A DNA stretch of 63,117 bases, filler included, from Cercozoa sp. M6MM (Eukaryota; Protista; Endomyxa: Ascetosporea), in NCBI GenBank assembly GCA_040357565.1. It is 5 parts of 5 records of this genome, joined end to end, with 100 filler letters (N's around TTAATTAATTAA, not from the genome) between each part and the next. Parts side by side here need not be neighbours in the genome. Positions count along the whole stretch, not along the records: positions 28,667 to 57,424 come from JBDODJ010000137.1; positions 57,525 to 63,117 come from JBDODJ010000879.1; 3 more parts are not named here. One strand, written 5' to 3'. Shown in pieces: positions 54,998-63,117 of the stretch (its first letter is position 1; each line of letters begins with the position of its first letter). A program made the translations under genes and the position numbers. The notes beneath the pieces are model-generated. The model saw nothing but the letters and a program-made list of their open reading frames with translations. It was not told the origin of the DNA and did no database searches.

Positions 54998-55197
54998 TCA
55001 GTCATCGCGACTCAGCGCAGTGCCGAGAACGTCGGCGCAGAGGCGGCGCAGCGAGTCGAAGAGCGTGCCGTGCACAAAGTCGTTGTCGACGATGTTGACC
55101 AGGTAGTAGGTGTCGTGCACGTGCTGGATCACTCTGCTCCCAATGTAATACAATAGTAACTAGCAAGGAGAGACTGTGTGTTGTGTTGTGTGTGTGT

Positions 55198-55251
<54 letters not shown>

Positions 55252-55255
55252 GCGC

Positions 55256-55307
<52 letters not shown>

Positions 55308-57343
55308 GGATACCGCCACGACTGCGACTCGGCCGGGTAGATGCTCTGCCAGTGCGTGCGCCAGATCGCAAAGGCCTCGTCACGCCACGCCGTGAAACTT
55401 CCCGGGTCCTGGGGGAGGGGTAAGAGGGTAAGTGAAGGCAAGGTGGGGAGAGAGGTACCACAACAGTAGGCTGCACGATCTCGCTATCCGGAAAAACGCC
55501 CCACGTGACAGCGTTGGTGGCACCACTCTGAAGCACATATAGTGGCTACTGGTCACAAAGACAGGTGGTGGAAGTGGCTACACTGGTCTCGTCGAAAACA
55601 CCGTCGGCTGACAGTGCATGGTAACTCAGCGACGGCTGCTCGTGCGCCTGCCAAAGTGGGGGGGGGGGGGGGTAAAGAAGGTGGGGAAGGAGGGTCAAAC
55701 ACACCAGTTTCTGAATGCGTTCGAACATCTCCGGCGAGCAGAAGAACTCGACGTAAGCTCTGTCAAGGAGGAAGGTTAGGGGTGTGGGGTGTAAAGGGAG
55801 TGTAAAGTGAAAGCACTTCTGAGAGACGTAGCCTCCAGGCGAGCCCCAACCGAACGCTGGGTCGTCAGAGGGCACCTGCAACCGAGGCGGAGTAGGAAGG
55901 TAAGGGGTGCGGGAGGGGGCATAACTCACATTGCATGCCGCCGGCTGCGAGTTGATGGTGAGCAGACCCGCCTTGTTCAGCACTTCCAGCGTGCCACTGA
56001 TGCACGACGTCTCCGCCTGCACGGGCTGCTCGCACCACGGCAGCCACGGAATCTGCCCGGAGGAAGGGGTAAAGGGGAGGAGGGGTAAAGGGGGAGAAGG
56101 TAAAGAGGGAGAGGGGTAAAGGAGAAGGAGGTAAAGAAGGAGAGGGGTAAAGCGGGAGAGGGGTAAAGGAGAAGGAGGGGTAAAGGGGAGGAGGGGTAAA
56201 ACCTCTGCCCTCAGGAATCGAATGAAGGCGTCGGCCAGGTCCTGTTCCGACTCTGTCCACACAGTCGCATTTGTACTTTGGACCAGTCCATTTGTACCAA
56301 TACAGGGACAGGACAGGGGACAGGGACAGTTGTACCGAGCGAGTGACCCCACATAGCCCGACGTGCCTGTGCCTTGTAGGGCGTCGCGTGCGACTGCGAC
56401 GACAGGAACAAGTGGTAGCTCCGCAGGTCGCCGAACGCCGGCGAACTCCGGTCGCCCCACCGACCTAACCAAACACGTGCCCACCCAGATGGTCACCCAG
56501 TCACCCTGAGTGTCCACTTGAAAGGTACCATTGGGATACTCGTCCCACAGACTCGTGCGTCGAATGTACGACAGCGGCCGATTGGCCCAGAAGATCTGCC
56601 CGGAGGGAGGATAGGGGGAGAGGATAGGGGGAGGGGTAGGGGGGTAAAGCCAGTCATACCGGCCGCACGTCCTCCTGCTTACGACGTCGCTGCGACGGCG
56701 CCATCTGCCACGGCAACTCGGCCGTCGTTTTCTTATTTTTCGCTCCGCGTGGAGTGGTGGCCACCAGCTCGAGTTTCTCCACGATGCGCGTCGCACTCCT
56801 CTCGAGATTCAGCGTGAAAAAGTGCACTCCCGGCACGCCTGCCTCCTCGCTCCCTGTCTGCGGAGTAAAGAGTAGGCGGTAAAGGGGTTAGTGGTGAGGG
56901 GGGGGGTGAAGGGCGGGTAAAACCGGCCGCAGTAGCTGCGCGCACAGCCGCGCCGCGAAGCGAATGCCGTAGGCCTTGACACGTGCGTCGTCGTTCTGCA
57001 GCACCTGTAGTCACACCCGGACCATACGGACGGTCCAAAGCGACACAGTATGTTAGTTAAGAGGGCTGTGGTACTGCTAGGTCACTCCACACGTGTGCCG
57101 GCACGTGCGCGCGGCAGAAGCCCGTCATGCGACGGAACTGCGCGTACGACTGGATCGGCATTATGCCTGCAGCAACACCGTAGTCAGCATAGTCCGTAGC
57201 CACACAGTATCCAGTAGCCACACAGTAGCCAGTAGCCGTAGCCAGACAGTAGCCAGACCAGGCAAGAGGTACCCGGCACGAGTGGCACCTTGGCGTCGTC
57301 GAAGCCGCTCGCACGCGCGCGCTCGCGGAAGGCAAAGAACACC
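54998..57343 (-). CDS. MTHFR: Methylenetetrahydrofolate reductase (eukaryotic type), 5' part in the gap
   Basis: [86 protein letters not shown]. Confidence 0.96.
56063..56200. repeat. Intronic polypurine repeat (GGGGTAAA units)
   Basis: About 7 GGGGTAAA-containing units. Confidence 0.85.
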
Positions 57344-57424
57344 TGGGGGGTGGGGGTAAAGGGGGTAGGAGTAAAGGGGAAGACAGGGAAGGCGAGGAGA
57401 GGCAAGGAAAAACGAGGTAAAGAA

Positions 57425-57524
57425 NNNNNNNNNNNNNNNNNNNNNNNNNNNNNNNNNNNNNNNNNNNNTTAATTAATTAANNNNNNNNNNNNNNNNNNNN
57501 NNNNNNNNNNNNNNNNNNNNNNNN
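57425..57524. other. Artificial scaffold linker
   Basis: TTAATTAATTAA within Ns. Confidence 0.95.
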
Positions 57525-58076
57525 CAACGTGGAGTGGTCTGGCAGTTCGAAGGACACGCCGACGTGGCCAACTTCCACATGGCCTACCGGCTGTCGGAGG
57601 ATCATCAGAACGACGCGCGTGTCACCTTCCTGTTCAAGTTTGTGCCTGGTATTTTACCTATATATATGTATATACCTATCTCTATTCATTTATATGCCTA
57701 CTGTATCTAATATATTTGTATTTATATACCATGTTTATATTATATCTTTATACATATATATGCACCTATATACATATATATATATTTTTTTTGTATGGAT
57801 ATGAACATGCATGTACACAGGCGCCTGCAAGAGCTCCTTCGGTATGAATGTGGCGCGACTGGCCGGCCTGCCCGCCTCCATCGTCAGGCGTGCCGCCCAA
57901 GTGGCCCGTACCCCCCCCCCAGCCCCACCCACACCCATCATACCCCCTACCCTATCCCTATCATAACATGGACAGAGGAATTCGAGGTGCACTGCCAGAA
58001 GGGCATGGTCGACGAGGACTCGTCGCACGGCAGCAGCACTGCCGCCCTCGACGTGCTGGACGGCGAGGAGATCTAA
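57525..58076 (+). CDS. MutS homologue (MSH6-like) 3' end
   Basis: VANFHMAY...VTFLFK...GACKSSFGMNVARLAGLPASIVRRAAQVA-EEFE. Confidence 0.85.
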
Positions 58077-58146
58077 CGAGCCCGATTGCAGCCTCGGCCC
58101 GCGGCCCGCTTGCATCTAACTAAGCCAATTGCAGCAACCTAACTAA

Positions 58147-58196
58147 CAGTCTTGGGGTGGGTCACATGTTACAGCATAAACTGTACTGTATCCGCG
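58147..58196. repeat. Rearranged partial copy of the dispersed repeat
   Basis: CAGTCTTGGGGTGGGTCACA (compare 20432-20450) fused to ATGTTACAGC...GTATCCGCG (compare 20252-20281). Confidence 0.6.
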
Positions 58197-59067
58197 AGAG
58201 CAACACCCTACCAACTCACAAAACAACTTAAGAGAAGTCTAGAAGATTTGGCGTCGTATGTTCGCTGCCTATCGTATTGAAAAGCTTCAGCCCAGAACGT
58301 GGAACACCTGTGTTTGAGTTAAGGCCATGAGCTTTTGACCCATCCGACCCCAGGACTGGTTTCTGAGTAGACTGATGTACGATACCGAGTGATCGGATAC
58401 GATACATCGCGAGTAGACGAGATCTTTAGGCTACGATGCTACACTCGCCGCAAAAGCGAGACCATGCATGCGACTTCATCGCCGCGACAGAAGACAGTCC
58501 CGTCCGGTCCGGTCCTTTACTGAGGCTTCGCGCTCTGCTGTCGGACACACCTCCGCAGCGCCGCGAACGTCTCAGCACAAGCGTCCTTTTTCATCTTCTT
58601 TTCGTCATACGCCGTCACGACACATTGGCCGTACTTTGCTGCCTATGAAAACGCAAATTTGACAGAAAAAATAGAAAAAGAATCGCGAGATGTATTGCCA
58701 CCTCAGGTGCACATTTCGCATAACGCCGACCAAATTTCCCAACGTGGCGGAGTCCAGACATAACCAACAATTTCAAAGCCAACAAAGCATGCAGGGTGTT
58801 CCACTGAGTTGGCTAGCGCCCACTGGACAGTTCAAACAGGGTGACCTGGACAAAAAGATTAAAAAACAATTCTTTAAAACTGTAGCTCAAAGTCGACTTG
58901 GCGCGCGTTGGGTCCTCCCGAAGGCAGGTCTGAACACCAGAAGTGACACACCACTACACAGGACAACGCTATCATATTATCCTGTGAGAGCCCGCCAGAA
59001 AAAGGGACACAAAAGTCTGATCAGTCAAAGCAGCCAGAACACGTGATCTCTCCCCAAGTGGTTCGAA

Positions 59068-60470
59068 ATGTCAGTCGGTGCTCACGAAGAGAAGAACGAA
59101 GATGTGTCCCCTGAGGCTGGTTCTGTTCCCACGGCCGAGCAACTGGGCGATCAACTAGGAGAAGAGGTACTTTATTATTTTTTGGTCTTCCCAGCTTTGA
59201 ATGACTGTTTTTGTTTGCCCTGGCAGACTGCTGCATCGGAGGAGCAGCACCAAGCACTTGCCGCCTTGATGAAAGAGGTAAGCTTGAGCAGGCAGGCTGT
59301 GTGACTTTGGTACTCACCCTATAATGATAATGTACTTGTCAGGTGCAACCTGTGCCGGCCTTGCTTCTCGTCGCCGATGGCAGTGTCAAGCAGGTACGTC
59401 TGCTTTGTGTGTCTTTGCGTCGTCTTCATTCTTCTTGGTTGCGCGCAGGTGACGCTGGATTTGTCGCCGCGTGCCAACGGCGTGGCCACACTGCTGGGCG
59501 GACAGGCTGAGTTCATCGGCGCCTTCTACCAGAGCGACGTGTTTCTGCTGCAGCGCCAGCGCTCCGAGGAACAAGGACTCCCGCGCTCAACGCACCGGTT
59601 GCCGGCGCCGTTCACAAACTACCCGGTGTTCGGTGACGCGCTCGTGGTGCGCATGGACGAGAACAGCGACCCGAAGCCGCTGCTCTCGCTCGAGTGGCTG
59701 CGTCTGCTTGAGACGAGCGAGTTCGACTCGCCTGACGAGGACGCCGACGAGGACGAGGCCGCCTCCGACAGCAGCGAGCAGGCCAAGCAGGGCGAGGATG
59801 ATGCTGATGCGGAAGATGGGGACGGAGAGGACGAGGAAGACGTGAGCGACGGCGAAGGTGGCGTCAGTGCCGAGCTGGTGCACGCACACCTCCTGGCGCG
59901 CATCGCCGAGGAGTTTGAGAGCGAGCACGGCCGCGAGCCCAGCGTCGATGAGATCAAGGACGTGCTGCGTAACATCCTGGCTCACCAGAACGGCCAAGTC
60001 GACGACGAGGACGATGACGAGGACCAGGTACCTCTGTCTGCCTTAACCGTTATATTTGTTGATGTGAATTTATATACAGTTAGCTATTTGACATGTATGC
60101 TTTATGTGTTGATTTGTTTGACAGGAGGAAGTGCCGCAGGTCGAGGATGAGGAGGACGACGAGGAGGACGAGTACACGCCTAAGGACGACCCGGAGGCAG
60201 ACGAAGTCGAGGCCGACAACAAGCGCTCACTGAGCGAAATGCAGGCCACTGACGAGGCCAATGTTGACGCCGAGCAAACTGAGCAGACTGGTAGCCTTCA
60301 CTTTCACCTCCCTCCCCCCTGCATGCATGCAAACTGTTCTGGCAGAAGAGGCCGGCATTACTCCCAGCGACAGCAAGAACGACGCCGACGACGAGAGCGA
60401 GGAGTCACCCACCAAGCGACGACGCACCGCCAGTGCTCGCGATGTCTCCGAGGTTTCTCCCACCGCTTAG
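59068..60470 (+). CDS. Acidic protein with compact N-terminal domain and NLS-like tail
   Basis: LDLSPRANGVATLLGG...LPAPF...VFGDALVVRMDENSDP domain; D/E tracts; PTKRRRT. Confidence 0.75.
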
Positions 60471-60810
60471 ACAGGTCCAGTTTTGGGCGAATCCAGTCCA
60501 GTGCCAGCCTGAGTTTGGCTTCTGGCTTCTGGCTCTTTGTCGTGTCCAGCAGTCAAAATAGCGTAGCATAGCATGTCATATGGATGCATCACGTCAGAAG
60601 AACGTTTGTTTACTAGTTTCTCGAGCGGGTAGGTTTTTTTTTATAACTGTTTTATCAAGTTGCTTCACGTCGCACTAAAGCACGTCGCGACAGAGTGCGT
60701 GTCAGTGTGCTGCTGTAATAAGACGTGATAGAGCTAATCAGAACGCCCCAGGCGCGTCAAGTGCAGCGATCGCTGCGCTGATCTTCGTTTTGCGAGAGCT
60801 TTGCATTTGA

Positions 60811-62188
60811 ATGGGCACACCAACGAGTCGCTCGACGTTGGTGCTGGCCATGGCGCAAGCCATGCGCACGTTGGCACCGGAATTGACGCGACCGCACATG
60901 CTGCCTGTTCTGCAGCGACTGCGCCCGCGCGTACGTTGCCAAAGTACCAAACATATCCGTGTGTGATTGATTGTTCGCGCTTCTACAGGATGAAGCGAGA
61001 TTGCTGCGAGCTGCTTGGGAGCTGCAACAGAGTTCTGATGCTGTGCAAGTTGTGGCACAGCGTCCAAGCACTCTGGAAGCCCTCGCTGAGTCAGGCGATG
61101 CAGAGCGTTTCTTGCATCTGTGCTCGCAACTGTCGGCACGCGGGGATGTTGCGCTCACGCACCGAAAGTTCGACACGCTGCTCGGCGCGCTGGCTCGCAA
61201 CAGGGAAATGAAGTCGCTGGCAAGAACGATGCAGTTTATGCGGAGGCACGGTGTGTCATACTTGTTTTGGCTATGGTGAGTAGGGTCTGTATATTGGGGT
61301 GTGTATGTTGGCGTGTGCCTTGCAGTGGGCCCACTGGACGAAAGCAACGCATGGAGTGTCATGAGTGGCCTCGTTGGCGGGCACGACCTGTGGCATGCAC
61401 GAGAACTGCACCAAATGCTGCGCCAGAACCCGCATGCGCGCATCTCGCGCGTGCGACTCGAGCGTCCGCCGTCGGCACTGAGTGTCGGCAGCACTGGTGT
61501 CGAACCGGGCAGTGACGAGTACGACCACGTGGACCGACTGCTGCAGACCGACCAAGTGCCGCTGCCCTTCGAGATGAACGAAGCTTTGCTGCGCGAGGAC
61601 CTCGCCGTGCGACAGGATATTGAGGACACGCTGGAGCTACTGCGCCTGCATGCCAGTGTACACACATGCTCTCTTTGATTGTATCTTTACACACTGACCG
61701 TGTGTACAGGAAGGTGCCTACGACGAAGTGCGTCGACACAGGCGCATGTTGTGCACAAGACAACGCGTGTCGCAGCCTGCTCGTGCCGCCAATACCTCGG
61801 TGGCACGCGCCGCTCAGTCGGCCCGAGTGCTGCGTCAAGTGCAGCAGGACTTGCTTGCTGTGCTCAGACCTTGGAGTTTAGAGCACGGTTCCCCAGACAA
61901 GGAGGAAGGCGAGGAGGAGAACAAGAAAGATAAGAAAGAGAACAATGACACTGCAGAGACTGATCCAGTCGCTGCAACGATTCGGCGGGTGTTTGAGTCG
62001 GCGCGGCAGCAGGACCGCCGACGCGTGCGACAGCGGCGACTGAAAGCGCTGGCTACACGCGTTGCCGTTCTGACGCAGCTGCGCGAGCGGTCCATGCCAA
62101 TCGACGAGGTCAGAGACATGGCACACGTACTGTGCGTTGATATCGACGGCGTCTTTGACGGTACCACTTGCACATACTAATATATACA

Positions 62189-62247
<59 letters not shown>

Positions 62248-63117
62248 ATAGGTCCCACAGTGTCGATGGAGACAGCTCAGGCTGTGCAGGACAGCATTCA
62301 CATCCCTCTGTGTACCCTACACTTGTGTATGTGTGTATGTAGTAATATACATGTTGATGCAGGGCAAGAACTGGGTCACGGCGACCTGCAGATGGAGACG
62401 CGTGACTTTTTTGCGAGTGAAGACTCGAGTGGCAGTGCCACGACGACAACACTGGGGGTGGAGAACCCGGAACACACGCAACGCACGCAGTACCTGCAGC
62501 GGCGTCACCAGCTGACGCACTGGCACGCACACGCAACGAGTGTCTCGGCTGACACTGGTGTGCATGTCGATACTGCCGACTTCCTCGATACCGGGTGCTG
62601 CGACTTGAGCGACATGCTGGTAGTCCACCCCACTTCTATCTATCCTCCTGTTTGTAGTGTACTGTATGCAGGAAAACCAAGACGCCGCTGTTGCAAGAGA
62701 CTTTTTCTTTCGATTACAGGTGCCTTCGAAACCATCAGTTTACTGTGTCTGTCTATCCTGACAGTGTGTAGACACGAATGATTGAGGAGGTGCTGCCCAA
62801 GTGCAGTGCACTGCCCTTGGACAACTCCACGTGGCCCGTCTTTACTCGAGTCACACCGGCCGGTACCTTTGGCTTGTGCCTACGTCTACTACTATCTACC
62901 TAGCGTAATGTCTACCTGTTGCCTAGCTACCCAACTGTCGCGCTATCTGCACTCAATCGCTGTGGTAGCCTTACCTGTGCATATATATATATATATATGT
63001 ATATATTGTCTGTAGTATACTCTAGTAGACCAATGTATCCCTCTCAGGCAACGTCGTGTCGCGTGCTGCTGATGTCGCCGGTGATGTCGCTCGACCTGCT
63101 GGATGCCACCCTCGTGT
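60811..63117 (+). CDS. Hypothetical protein with PPR-like helical segment (runs off the window end)
   Basis: FDTLLGALARNREMKSLARTMQFMRRH resembles a PPR motif; multi-exon; start uncertain. Confidence 0.5.

Noticed and set aside
55546-56796. 416-aa Pro-rich ORF
   Set aside because: Read-through of MTHFR exons and C-rich introns.
58791-58850. CAGGGTG motifs resembling Tc1/mariner TIR starts
   Set aside because: No matching inverted copy or TA TSD found nearby.

Overview
Eukaryotic, intron-rich, gene-dense genomic DNA, most likely from a protist; the organism cannot be identified from sequence alone. Stop codon use is standard. The window is five scaffolds joined by artificial N/TTAATTAATTAA/N linkers (about 20714-20813, 25761-25860, 28566-28666, 57425-57524), so adjacency across these points is not biological. 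I reconstructed about 28 spliced genes by hand; exon boundaries are approximate. Recognisable products: ankyrin/EF-hand protein, TTC39/Iml2, LMBRD2, a large Cys-rich secreted repeat protein, AcpS-type PPTase (missed by the ORF track), mitochondrial S16, glutaminase 3' end, RBR E3 3' end, an apparently N-truncated RPB3, ZIP transporter, Tubby, MOCS3/UBA4, NADP-IDH, an IQ-motif protein, MTHFR and an MSH6-like 3' end. Non-coding highlights: two U6 snRNA genes in inverted orientation sharing a conserved -68 upstream element and unusual ISL/3' sequences; a 1.5-kb TIR DNA transposon with a putative CGG target-site duplication; and a dispersed repeat family with an (AACT)n tail, found downstream of gene stop codons on four different scaffolds. 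No CRISPR array, rRNA or tRNA was recognised.
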